From Acidobacteriota bacterium (GTDB lineage: Bacteria; Acidobacteriota; Vicinamibacteria; Vicinamibacterales; Vicinamibacteraceae), in NCBI GenBank assembly GCA_023418055.1, contig JAEZDP010000064.1:687-64686 (forward strand): DNA of 64,000 nucleotides, in the 5' to 3' direction. This document shows, one piece after another, positions 8,513-17,538 of this stretch. Made by a program: the position numbers and the translations under genes. The notes below the pieces were generated by a model. The model searched no databases. It worked only from the letters and a program-made list of their open reading frames with translations, and was not told where the DNA came from. Positions within the stretch are counted from its first letter, which is position 1. Every line of letters starts with the position of its first letter.

Positions 8513-10629
8513 TGACCGTCGAACCTGAACGCTACGAATTCTCTGAGGCGCCCGCCTATCTGTTCCGGCTGGAACGGCGGCAGTTCCTGCAGATCACGGG
8601 CGGGACGCTCATGGTGGCAGCGCTGCAGGCGCGTGCCGCGGGACAGGTGCCTGCAGGTGCGCCCGCGCGCGCTGACGCCGCCTCGACCGATGATGTCGCG
8701 GCCTGGGTGCGGGTGGATGCCGAGGGGCGTGTCACCGTCTATACGGGCAAGGTCGAGGTGGGGCAGAACATCCGCACCTCGCTCGCGCAGACGGTGGCCG
8801 ACGAACTCGGCGTGCCCTTCGCTCACATCGGCATGGTGATGGGCGACACGGCGCAGACGCCCTTCGACAACGGCACGTTCGGCTCGCAGACCACGCCGCG
8901 CATGGCGCCGCAGTTGGCTAGAGCCGCGCGCGCGGCACGACAGCTCCTGCTGCGCCGGGCATCGGAGCGCTGGCAGGTGGCCGAATCCGACCTGTCGGCG
9001 GCCGATGGGACGGTCATCGCTCACGACGGACGCAGGATGTCGTATGGCGAGTTGGTGCGCGACCAGGACCTGCGCGGGACCATCGACACCGACGCCGTCC
9101 CCACGCCTCGCTCCGCATGGCGTGAGCGCGGCACCGCCAGGGCCAAGGTCGACGCGACGGCCTTCGTCACGGGCCGCCATCGGTTCACGACCGACATGGT
9201 GCGCCCCGGCATGTTGCACGCGCAGATCGTGCGCCCTGACCGATACGGCGCCACCGTCGACACCATCGACGTCGCCGCGGCTCGCGCCATGGAAGGGGTC
9301 GTGGTCGTGCACGAGGACCAGTTCGTCGGCGTGGCCGCGCCTTCGCCCCGCGCGGCATCGCGGGCGGCCGACGCGCTGCACGTGACGTGGCGGCAAGCGC
9401 CTTCGGCCGTGACCTCGGACACGCTGTCCGACGCGCTGCGGCACGGCGCTGAGAGGTCGGCGCCCTCCGGACGCGCCCCCGACCCCATCGTCATCGGCAA
9501 CGTCGACGAGGCCGCGTCCCAGGTCGTCCGCACGTTTGCCCGGACCTTCCACGTGCCTTACATCGCCCACGTGCCGCTCGAACCACGCGCTGCCGTCGCG
9601 GAGTGGAGCGACGATGGCGGACTCACGGTGTGGACGGGCACGCAGCGCCCGTTCGGCGTCCGCCGCGAGTTGGCGGCGGCCTTCCACCTGCCGGAGGAGC
9701 GCGTGCGCGTGCTGGTCCCCGATACGGGCGCCGGCTACGGAGGCAAACACACGGGCGAACAAGCCGTCGAGGCCGCCCGGATGGCCCGTGCCGCGCGTCG
9801 CCCGGTGCGCCTCGTCTGGACGCGCGCCGACGAGTTCATGTGGGCCTACTTCCGCCCCGCCGGCGTCATCGATGTACGCGCGGGCGTCGGCCGTGACGGT
9901 CGCCTCTTGTCGTGGACGCTCGACAACTGGAACTCGGGGACGGCCGGGATCCGGACGCCCTACGAGATCGCGCACCAGCGGCTGACGTTCCACCCCACCG
10001 CCTCGCCCCTCCGACAGGGCTCGTACCGCGCGCTGGCGGCCACGGCCAACACCTATGCCCGTGAGATGGTGATTGACGACGTCGCGCGGGCCACGGGCGC
10101 CGACGTGCTGGAGTTCAGGCTGCGCCACCTGTCGGACGAGCGGATGCGAGGAGTGCTGCAGGCGGTCGGCCAGCATGTCGGCTGGCCGGCGCCGTCCCGC
10201 GACGGGCACGCGTGGGGGCTGGCGTGCGGGACGGAGAAGAACAGCGTGGTGGCCATCGCGGCCGACGTCGCGCGCGCGCCCGATGGCTTTCGTGTCGTGC
10301 GCCTCGTCGTCGCCTTCGAATGCGGCGCCATCATCAACCCCGACGGCCTGCGGCACCAGGTCGAGGGCGCCGTGGTGCAGGGGCTGGGCGGCGCGCTGTT
10401 CGAGGCGATTCAGTTTGCGGAAGGGCGTGTGCTGAACGGCAGCCTGTCGAGATATCGCGTGCCTCGCTTCTCGGATGTGCCGGCCATCGACGTGCTGCTG
10501 CTCGACCGTCCCGACCGGCCATCCGACGGCGCGGGGGAGACGCCCATCATCGCGGTGGCGCCGGCCATTGGGAGCGCGGTGCGGGCCTTCGGTCGCGTCG
10601 CCGACGCCTTACCCGTCACGCTGGCGTGA
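8512..10629 (+). CDS. Molybdopterin-binding large subunit (IorB/aldehyde-oxidase beta-like), twin-arginine leader
   Basis: 705 aa. The ATG overlaps the previous stop (TGATG). RRQFLQITGGTLMVAALQARA is TAT-like. It is xanthine dehydrogenase/aldehyde oxidase family-like throughout (GQNIRTSLAQ..., GGAFGGK-like AGYGGKH). No FAD subunit gene lies adjacent. Confidence 0.85.
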   Translation: MTVEPERYEFSEAPAYLFRLERRQFLQITGGTLMVAALQARAAGQVPAGAPARADAASTDDVAAWVRVDAEGRVTVYTGKVEVGQNIRTSLAQTVADELGVPFAHIGMVMGDTAQTPFDNGTFGSQTTPRMAPQLARAARAARQLLLRRASERWQVAESDLSAADGTVIAHDGRRMSYGELVRDQDLRGTIDTDAVPTPRSAWRERGTARAKVDATAFVTGRHRFTTDMVRPGMLHAQIVRPDRYGATVDTIDVAAARAMEGVVVVHEDQFVGVAAPSPRAASRAADALHVTWRQAPSAVTSDTLSDALRHGAERSAPSGRAPDPIVIGNVDEAASQVVRTFARTFHVPYIAHVPLEPRAAVAEWSDDGGLTVWTGTQRPFGVRRELAAAFHLPEERVRVLVPDTGAGYGGKHTGEQAVEAARMARAARRPVRLVWTRADEFMWAYFRPAGVIDVRAGVGRDGRLLSWTLDNWNSGTAGIRTPYEIAHQRLTFHPTASPLRQGSYRALAATANTYAREMVIDDVARATGADVLEFRLRHLSDERMRGVLQAVGQHVGWPAPSRDGHAWGLACGTEKNSVVAIAADVARAPDGFRVVRLVVAFECGAIINPDGLRHQVEGAVVQGLGGALFEAIQFAEGRVLNGSLSRYRVPRFSDVPAIDVLLLDRPDRPSDGAGETPIIAVAPAIGSAVRAFGRVADALPVTLA

Positions 10630-10752
10630 CGCCGGTGCGCGTCGAGTGACCCCGCGGGCGTCTGCACGCACGGGGGCGCCGGCAGCGTCGCGCTGAGCAC
10701 GGTCGAGAGCGGCGGCCCAGGCGGCCATACGGGCCGTCGCCCGTTCTGCACT

Positions 10753-11478
10753 ATGATGGCGCGCATGTTCGGACGGCGACTGTCGTCGGGCGCGCTGGCC
10801 CTGGCGCTCCTGGCCGGAGGTGCCCTGCTGCTGTCGGCCGCGGGCGTCTGGCTCGGGCTGTGGACCTTCCGCACGGGGTTCACGGTGCTGCGCTACGGCG
10901 CCTGGGTTGCCCTCGCGAGCCTGGTGCTCGGGCTGCTGGCGCTCGCCTTCGGCCCTGGACGCGGTCGTGCGCTCGTGGCCATCCTCATTGCCGCGATCGG
11001 CGTGTGGCTGCCCTGGAGTTGGCAGACGCAGGCGCGCAGCGTGCCGCCGATCCACGATATCTCGACCGACCTGGACGACCCACCCGCCTTTGTCGCCGTG
11101 GCGCCGCTGAGGGCCGATGCCCCGAACCCCGTGGCCTACGCGGGCGCCGAGACGGCGAGCCTGCAGCGACAGGCCTACCCGGACATTCAGACCCGTCGAC
11201 TCGAGCTGCCCGCCGCCGAGGCCTTTGCGGCGGCGGAAGAGGCCGCGCGCGACCTCGGCTGGACCATCGTCGCGGCGGTGCCCGGCGAGGGCCGGCTCGA
11301 GGCCTCCGACACCACGTTCTGGTTCCGCTTCACAGACGACATCGTCGTGCGGGTGCGCCCGGAGGGCAGCGGCAGCCGCGTGGATGTCCGCTCCAAGTCC
11401 CGTGTGGGGCGCAGCGACGTCGGTACCAACGCCGCGCGCATCCGCCGCTTCCTCTCGCGTCTTCCCGACAGCCCATGA
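10753..11478 (+). CDS. Membrane-anchored DUF1499 domain protein
   Basis: 241 aa with N-terminal TM helices, then a DUF1499-like C-terminal part (DISTD..DPP.F...FTDDIVVRVRPEGSGSRVDVRSKSRVGRSDVGTNAARIRRFL). Confidence 0.7.
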   Translation: MMARMFGRRLSSGALALALLAGGALLLSAAGVWLGLWTFRTGFTVLRYGAWVALASLVLGLLALAFGPGRGRALVAILIAAIGVWLPWSWQTQARSVPPIHDISTDLDDPPAFVAVAPLRADAPNPVAYAGAETASLQRQAYPDIQTRRLELPAAEAFAAAEEAARDLGWTIVAAVPGEGRLEASDTTFWFRFTDDIVVRVRPEGSGSRVDVRSKSRVGRSDVGTNAARIRRFLSRLPDSP

Positions 11479-13238
11479 CCACGCTCGACTGGCTCGTCAT
11501 CCTCGGCTACTTCGCAGTGCTCGGCGTGGTGACGTGGCGCGTCGTCCGCCGGAGTCGCGACACGACCGACGACTACTTCCTGGCTGGCCGCAACCTTGGA
11601 TGGGCCGTGGTGGGCGCGTCGATCTTCGCGTCCAACATCGGGTCGGAACATCTCGTCGGGCTGGCCGGATCGGGCGCCACGAGCGGCGTGGCCCTGGCGC
11701 ACTACGAACTGCACGCGTGGTGCCTGCTGGTGCTCGGTTGGCTGTTTGTGCCCTTCTACATGCGCTCGCGCGTCTACACGATGCCCGAGTTCCTCGAACG
11801 GCGCTTCTCGCCGGCCTCGCGCTGGGTGTTGTCCATCATCTCGCTCGTCGCGTACGTGCTGACGAAGATTGCGGTGGGCATCTACGCCGGCGGTATCGTC
11901 TTCGGCACGCTGTTGCCGGAACTGCAGATCGAGCTTGGCGGGCTGGTGCTCGACAGCTTCTGGGTAGGCTCCGTGCTCGTCATCGTGCTGACCGGGCTCT
12001 ACACGGTGCTCGGCGGCCTGCGGGCGGTGGCGTATACCGAAGCGCTGCAGACGGTGGTGCTCGTCGTCGGCTCGCTGTTGCTGACGTGGTACGGCCTCGC
12101 GGCCCTGGGCGGGTGGGGCGTGCTGCGCGAGACGCTCGGGCCCGAGATGTTCAACCTGTGGAAGCCCCTGATGACCGAGGGTGTGCAGGGCACGTGGGCT
12201 CCCGTCATCGAGCCCGACCGCATGGCGTGGTACTTCAACACGAACTACCCGTGGCTGGGCATGTTGTTCTGCGCGCCCATCATCGGACTCTGGTACTGGT
12301 GCACCGACCAGTACATCGTGCAGCGCACGCTGGGTGCGCCGAACGAAACCGAGGCGCGGCGCGGCACCATCTTCGCCGCCTTCCTCAAACTGCTGCCCGT
12401 GTTCATCTTCATCATCCCGGGCATGATCGCGATCGCGCTGGCGAAGTCGGGTCAGGGCGGCGTCTTGAGCACGATGGTGGACGCCAACGGCATGGCCATC
12501 GGCGACAGATCGCAGGCCGCCTTCCCGCTGCTCGTGCAGCAGGTGATGCCGTCGGGCCTCCGCGGCCTGGTCGTCGCCGGGCTGCTGGCGGCCCTCATGA
12601 GCTCGCTGGCCGGCGTGTTCAACGCCTGCTCGACGCTGTTCACGATGGACTTCTACCAGAAGCTCCATCCCGACGCCACGCAACATCAGCTCGTGTGGAT
12701 CGGCCGCGTGGCCACCACCGCGATGGTCGTCGTGGGGCTGCTGTGGATTCCGGTGATCCAGGGCGCGCGCGGCCTCTACGACTACCTCCAGGGTGTCCAG
12801 GGCTACCTCGGCCCGCCCATCTTCGCCGTCTTCTTCTTCGGCGTGTTCATGAAGCGGCTGAACGGGCCAGGCTGCCTGGCGGCCCTTCTCGTGGGGTTCG
12901 CGCTGGGGATGTTCCGCCTGGCCGTCGACACGCCGGTGACGCTGGGGCTCGCGGGCTTCGAGGCCGGCTATCCCGAAGGATCACTGCTCTGGATCGTCAA
13001 CAACATGTATTTCCAGTACTACAGCCTCGTGATCTTCGTGATCTCGACGGCCGTGCTGATCGGCGTCAGCTATGCCACGGCGCCGCCGCCCGAGGCACGG
13101 CTCGTCGGGTTGACCTACGAGACCGTCACGGCAGACCAGCGCGCGGCCACGCGCAGCAGTTGGGGCCAGGTGGACGTGTTGTCGTCGGGCGTGGTGCTCG
13201 CGTTGATCCTCGCCGCGTACGTGTATTTCAGCGGCTGA
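11475..13238 (+). CDS. Sodium:solute symporter (SSS/SGLT-like)
   Basis: ATG 11475 overlaps the upstream stop (ATGA). MTTLDWLVILGYFAVLG...DDYFLAGRNLGW...SNIGSEHLVGLAGSG is the SSS signature region. About 13-14 TM helices. Confidence 0.9.
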   Translation: MTTLDWLVILGYFAVLGVVTWRVVRRSRDTTDDYFLAGRNLGWAVVGASIFASNIGSEHLVGLAGSGATSGVALAHYELHAWCLLVLGWLFVPFYMRSRVYTMPEFLERRFSPASRWVLSIISLVAYVLTKIAVGIYAGGIVFGTLLPELQIELGGLVLDSFWVGSVLVIVLTGLYTVLGGLRAVAYTEALQTVVLVVGSLLLTWYGLAALGGWGVLRETLGPEMFNLWKPLMTEGVQGTWAPVIEPDRMAWYFNTNYPWLGMLFCAPIIGLWYWCTDQYIVQRTLGAPNETEARRGTIFAAFLKLLPVFIFIIPGMIAIALAKSGQGGVLSTMVDANGMAIGDRSQAAFPLLVQQVMPSGLRGLVVAGLLAALMSSLAGVFNACSTLFTMDFYQKLHPDATQHQLVWIGRVATTAMVVVGLLWIPVIQGARGLYDYLQGVQGYLGPPIFAVFFFGVFMKRLNGPGCLAALLVGFALGMFRLAVDTPVTLGLAGFEAGYPEGSLLWIVNNMYFQYYSLVIFVISTAVLIGVSYATAPPPEARLVGLTYETVTADQRAATRSSWGQVDVLSSGVVLALILAAYVYFSG

Positions 13239-13268
13239 GCGACGACGCTTCGGACCGGGTCCGGATGT

Positions 13269-14588
13269 CTACAACACCAGCATGGTGGCGAGCGTCAGGA
13301 AGAGCCCCATGCTCGCGACGTCGGTGGCGGTGGTCAGGAAGATGCTCGACGCGGTGGCGGGATCGGCGCCCAGGCGCTTGAGGCCCAGTGGCACCAGCGC
13401 GCCGGCGATGCCGCTGACGATGCAGCTGATGGTCATGGCCAGGAGCACCACCAGCGCGAGCATCGCGGCGTCGGGACGTCCCTGCAGCCTCGCGTAGACG
13501 AACATGCCGAGTGCTGCCGTCAGGCCCACCAGGCCGCCATTGAGCAGACCGAGCAGCCCCTCCTTCGCGACGAGACCCCTGGCGGCGCCGGTCTTCAGCT
13601 CGCCGAGCGTCAGCGCGCGCAAGGTGACCGCCAGCGCCTGACAGCCGGTATTGCCCGACTGGCCGGCGAGCACCGGCAGGAACACCGCCAGCACCACCAC
13701 CTGATCGATCGTGCCCTCGAAGATGCCCACGACCGCCGCGGCGACGAAGGCCGTGCACAGGTTCAGTTGCAGCCACGGATGCCGGTACTTCAGACTCGTG
13801 GGCCACGGCGTCGAGAAGCGCTCTTCCTTCTCGACGCCCACCATGGCGCCGGCCTGCGCCGATAGCTCGATGGCTTGCGCCTCGAAGAGGTGCTGCCCGC
13901 GCAACAGCCCCCGCAGCCGGCCCTCGTCGTCGCAGACCGGATAGACGGGGAAGTGGCGGTCGAGCACCGCGCGCATCGCCTCCATCAGCGGCATCGCCGG
14001 ATGCAGCGCGAACGGATCCTTCAACATCAGGTCGCCCAGGCGTGCCGTGGGTTCGGCAAACAGCAGATCGCGCATGGTGATGACGCCGAGCAGCCGCTCA
14101 CGGGCATCCACGACGAAGGCGTAGGTGATGAACGCCCGTGCCACGAGCGTCCGCAGTTCGGCCGTGGCGGCCTGCACCGTGGTGTCTGCCGAGAAGACGC
14201 CGACCGGCGCCTCCATGAGCCGCCCCACCGTGTCTTCCGGATACCGCCCGTCGGTGGCCCAGAGGCGGCGGCTCTCGCCGCTGGCCACCGCGAGCACGCG
14301 TTGGCGCGGTCCGGCATCCAGCCGCTCGAGCACTTCCCGCGCGAGCGCGGGCTCCACTTGCTGCAGCACGTCGGCCAGCGCGTCGGCGTCGCACGCCAGC
14401 AGATCCGGGAGCGTGGCCTCGACCCCTTCGGTGCGCAGGCGATCGGCCAGGGCAGGGGGCTCGGCGACGGCAGGGTTCGTGTCGGACACCGGGGTAGAGC
14501 CTGCGGGCGCGTGCGTCACGCGTGGATTGTGCACGTCGGCCCGCTCACACTCAAGCGGCGTTGTGAGCGCCGGCGCCAGCCCCCGCAT
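13269..14588 (-). CDS. mgtE: Magnesium transporter MgtE
   Basis: C-terminal 439 aa of the 821-aa track ORF. It has an MgtE N-domain, a CBS pair (VGRLMEAPV..., ITMRDLL) and a TM domain with FLPVLAGQSGNTGCQALAVTLR. The start at ATG 14588 is the first ATG after the upstream gene's stop, so it is tentative. Confidence 0.85.
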   Translation of the reverse strand: MRGLAPALTTPLECERADVHNPRVTHAPAGSTPVSDTNPAVAEPPALADRLRTEGVEATLPDLLACDADALADVLQQVEPALAREVLERLDAGPRQRVLAVASGESRRLWATDGRYPEDTVGRLMEAPVGVFSADTTVQAATAELRTLVARAFITYAFVVDARERLLGVITMRDLLFAEPTARLGDLMLKDPFALHPAMPLMEAMRAVLDRHFPVYPVCDDEGRLRGLLRGQHLFEAQAIELSAQAGAMVGVEKEERFSTPWPTSLKYRHPWLQLNLCTAFVAAAVVGIFEGTIDQVVVLAVFLPVLAGQSGNTGCQALAVTLRALTLGELKTGAARGLVAKEGLLGLLNGGLVGLTAALGMFVYARLQGRPDAAMLALVVLLAMTISCIVSGIAGALVPLGLKRLGADPATASSIFLTTATDVASMGLFLTLATMLVL

Positions 14589-14611
14589 CGTCGCATCCGT
14601 CGCACGACGCG

Positions 14612-15772
14612 TCAGGGCAGTGGCTTCACGAAGACGTTCGCAAATTCGACCTGACGTCCCGACGGCACGAGTGCGACGCGGCCGCGGCTGGGCAAACCGT
14701 CGACCTCGGCATCCGAGACCTGTTGGCCGTTGACGGAGAGCGTGACGCGGCTGCCCACCACGCGCTGCACCACGCGGTTCCACCGTCCGGCGGGCTGCAC
14801 GTGTGCACCGGCCTGCGGCATCACCACGGCGCGGACGCCAGGCAGATGCCGCGCGGTGACGGCCGCGACCGACGTGGTCGCCACGGACTCGGCCGTGTCC
14901 ACCCAGCGCCAGTCGGTGACCAGCTCGAAGTCCGTGTACTGCTGCTCCGACAGCAGGGGCTGCCCCGGCGCGCTGGACGGCGCTTCGTAGGCGATCGTCC
15001 AGTCGTTCGTCGTCCAGCGGACGTCCTGGTCGGCCGGGCGGGTCCAGCCCGTGAACGTCTTGCCGTCGTACAGCGCCACGTGTCCCTCGTCGGCCGTGGC
15101 CACGTGCGACTCGGACAGCACGCCGCTTGGCGGCAGTTCGCGGATGCGGATGTTCCGGAACAGCACGGGCGCACCCTCCGATTCCAGCGCGATGTAGCCC
15201 TTGCGCGGCGAGATGTCGTAGCCGCCCGACACGTCCTTGCCGTTGACGGCGAGCTTCAAGGTGCCGTTGTTGGCCGTGATGCGGTAGTGGTTCCACTCCC
15301 CGGGAGGCTTGGCGCGCCGTTCGATCGGCAGGCTGCGCATGGCGCCGCGGGGATGGGGGCGATCGGGCGTCAGCACGGCGCCATGGATCGCGAACACGTC
15401 GCCGTGGCTCGTGTAGGTCTCCGAGTTCCGTCCGTCGAGCACCTGCACCTCGATGGCGCGCAGGAACGGCTGCCCGCGGGCGGGCAGGGCATCCGCCCAC
15501 ACGAACACCCCGGCGTTCCCGCCGGCCTGCTGGTGCTGGTACTCGAGTTCGAGCACGAAGTTCTCGTACATCCGTTCCGTGCGGATCTCGCAGATGGGTA
15601 TGCCCGTGACCGTGATCACGCCATCGCGCACGCCGAACGTGTCTGGCGCGCAGTTGATGTTCACCCAGCCGTCCAGCGACCGTCCGTCGAACAGCGGCGT
15701 GAAGCCGTCGTCTTGCGCGGCGACGCCGCCCCACAGCAGTCCGGCGGCGAGAATCCCTGCGAGTGCTCTCAT
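14612..15772 (-). CDS. Secreted protein with two DUF1080 (3-keto-disaccharide hydrolase-like) domains
   Basis: ATG 15772 and a signal peptide MRALAGILAAGLLWGGVAAQ. There are two copies of the pattern: F.PLFDG.SLDGW...FRNIRIREL, then ALYDGKTFTGW...FANVFVKPL. Confidence 0.8.
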   Translation of the reverse strand: MRALAGILAAGLLWGGVAAQDDGFTPLFDGRSLDGWVNINCAPDTFGVRDGVITVTGIPICEIRTERMYENFVLELEYQHQQAGGNAGVFVWADALPARGQPFLRAIEVQVLDGRNSETYTSHGDVFAIHGAVLTPDRPHPRGAMRSLPIERRAKPPGEWNHYRITANNGTLKLAVNGKDVSGGYDISPRKGYIALESEGAPVLFRNIRIRELPPSGVLSESHVATADEGHVALYDGKTFTGWTRPADQDVRWTTNDWTIAYEAPSSAPGQPLLSEQQYTDFELVTDWRWVDTAESVATTSVAAVTARHLPGVRAVVMPQAGAHVQPAGRWNRVVQRVVGSRVTLSVNGQQVSDAEVDGLPSRGRVALVPSGRQVEFANVFVKPLP

Positions 15773-15812
15773 GCGCACGAAGTGTACTGTGTTCCGATCT
15801 ACCCTGTGTGCC

Positions 15813-17438
15813 ATGCCGAAGCCTCTACGTGTGCTTCCTGTGATGCTGATGATCCTGACGGCCGTCGTCGCCGCCCAGGACCAGCCCCTGCCCCCCGACG
15901 TCCGCACGGCCGGGGATGCGATCGTCGCCGACACGCTGGCCCGCGATCTCGACTTCCTCGCCTCGGACGACCTCGCCGGGCGTGACACCGGCTCGCCCGG
16001 CTTCGACCGCGCGGCCGCCTTCATCATCGATCGCCTCGAGACGGCAGGCCTGAAGCCCGTCGGTGACGACGGAGGCTTCCGGCAGCACTACGACCTCGTC
16101 GAGATGCGCGTGGACACCGCGAAGACCACCCTGCAGGTGGACGACACGCGCTTTGCCTTTGGCGACGACTTCGTGCTGCGGTCGCTGGCGGGTGGCGTGG
16201 ACGCGACAGCGGGCGTCGTGTACGTGGGCCACGGCTGGTACGCGCCGGACCGCGGGCTCGATCCGTACGCCGGCGTGGACGTGCGAGGCAAGTTCGTCCT
16301 GGCGCACGGGCCAAGAGCGCAGCCGGCAGGCGGGGAGGTGCCGCAGGTGGGCCGCGTGGCGGTCGGCGCGGCGTCGGTGTTTGCCGAGGCCAGCCGGCGC
16401 GGCGCGCTTGGGGTCATCTTCCTGACCGCGTCGAACCCGGACGCCGACTGGGCAGCGATGCGCACGGCGCATCTCGTGCGGCGGGAACTCGAGCCAGGTG
16501 TGCCGTCCGCGTACGCGGCGTTGCCCATCACGTCGGTGCTGCTTGGTGGGCCAGCGGCCACGGCGCTGTTGACGGGAGAGGCCGTCGACGCGCGCACGCT
16601 CATCGCGCGCGGTGAGGCCGGCGACTATCCGGCCGCGTTCGAACTCACGCGTCCCGTGACCTTGCGCGTGCCGCTCGCCTCGACGTCGCGCGAACGCCCC
16701 TTCAACGTGGTGGCGATGGTCGAGGGCACCGACCTGCGTGACGAGTACGTGACGGTGGCCGCACATCTCGACGGGGCGGTCGGCGACCGCGAGGTCGAGG
16801 GCGACCGCATCTACAACTCCGCCGACGACAACGCGACGGGCAGCGCCGTGACGCTGTCGATCGCCGAACAGCTGATGAAGGGCCCCAGGCCCCGTCGTTC
16901 CGTCATCTTCATCTGGGACAGCGGCGAGGAACGCGGGCTGTGGGGCACGCGGCAGTTCGTGCATGCCCCGCCCGTGCCGCTCGATCGCATCGTGGCGCAC
17001 ATCAACGTGGACATGGTCGGCGCCACACGAGCGCCGGGCTCACCTGACGCCGAGTCGCCCGATGTCGCCGGCCGGCACGAGGTGTTCGTCATCGGCCCCC
17101 GCGTGCTGAGCCCGACGGCCGCCGCGCTCATCGCACGGGTGAACGACGCGTACCTCGGCATGACGTTGAACCACAAGGACGACCGCGCCGACAGCGAGTT
17201 CTTCTACCCACGGACGGACGCCGGCCCATACCTCGAGCGCGGCATCCTCACCATCGGGTTCACGACCGGCACGCACCCGCGCTACCACCTGCCCGCTGAC
17301 GAGGCGCGGTACCTCGACCCGACGAAGATGGAAGCCGTCGCCAGGACCGTGTATGCGAGCCTCTGGGCGCTGGCCAGCACCGACGAGCGCCCGCGCATCG
17401 AACAGGAGATCCCCGCAAGCGTGCCGAGGTATCGGTGA
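15813..17438 (+). CDS. M28-family metallopeptidase (PA domain plus aminopeptidase domain), secreted
   Basis: ATG 15813 with a signal peptide. The motifs NSADDNATGSAVTLSIAEQL and IWDSGEERGLWGTRQFV match the M28 zinc-ligand regions. Confidence 0.85.
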   Translation: MPKPLRVLPVMLMILTAVVAAQDQPLPPDVRTAGDAIVADTLARDLDFLASDDLAGRDTGSPGFDRAAAFIIDRLETAGLKPVGDDGGFRQHYDLVEMRVDTAKTTLQVDDTRFAFGDDFVLRSLAGGVDATAGVVYVGHGWYAPDRGLDPYAGVDVRGKFVLAHGPRAQPAGGEVPQVGRVAVGAASVFAEASRRGALGVIFLTASNPDADWAAMRTAHLVRRELEPGVPSAYAALPITSVLLGGPAATALLTGEAVDARTLIARGEAGDYPAAFELTRPVTLRVPLASTSRERPFNVVAMVEGTDLRDEYVTVAAHLDGAVGDREVEGDRIYNSADDNATGSAVTLSIAEQLMKGPRPRRSVIFIWDSGEERGLWGTRQFVHAPPVPLDRIVAHINVDMVGATRAPGSPDAESPDVAGRHEVFVIGPRVLSPTAAALIARVNDAYLGMTLNHKDDRADSEFFYPRTDAGPYLERGILTIGFTTGTHPRYHLPADEARYLDPTKMEAVARTVYASLWALASTDERPRIEQEIPASVPRYR

Positions 17439-17440
17439 CG

Positions 17441-17524
17441 CCTTACGCCTCACGCCATACGCCTTACGCCGCACGCCATACGGCTCACGCCCTGTGGACC
17501 GTGGACTGTGGACCGTGGACCGAC
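17441..17524 (+). repeat. Tandem heptanucleotide array: about 7 x CCNNACG, then about 5 x GACYGTG
   Basis: Read directly: CCTTACG CCTCACG CCATACG CCTTACG CCGCACG CCATACG GCTCACG CCCTGTG GACCGTG GACTGTG GACCGTG GACCGAC. It starts 3 nt after the M28 stop and ends 14 nt before the next ATG. Confidence 0.9.
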
Positions 17525-17538
17525 GTATAACTCCCTGC

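Noticed and set aside
8398-10356. A 652-aa minus-strand ORF antisense to the Mo-hydroxylase large subunit. Analogous long antisense ORFs are 5410..7029(+), 11187..12686(-), 19203..21128(-), 35964..37310(-) and 42329..43582(-).
   Set aside because: Same reasoning as above. The opposite strand carries well-supported genes. The translations are dominated by R/G/A/P/H and lack hydrophobic cores or motifs.
13269-15734. An 821-aa ORF suggesting a giant MgtE fusion protein.
   Set aside because: Only the C-terminal about 439 aa are MgtE-like. The upstream 380 aa are Arg-rich shadow sequence lying antisense or out of frame over the well-supported double-DUF1080 gene (14612..15772). The gene was truncated to ATG 14588.
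17441-17524. Whether the heptamer arrays here, at 18886..18941 and at 53093..53155 could be CRISPR arrays or coding repeats.
   Set aside because: The units are 7 nt long and directly abutting, with no spacers. There are no cas genes. The 7-nt period is incompatible with a repeated peptide. They are microsatellite-like arrays, not CRISPR.
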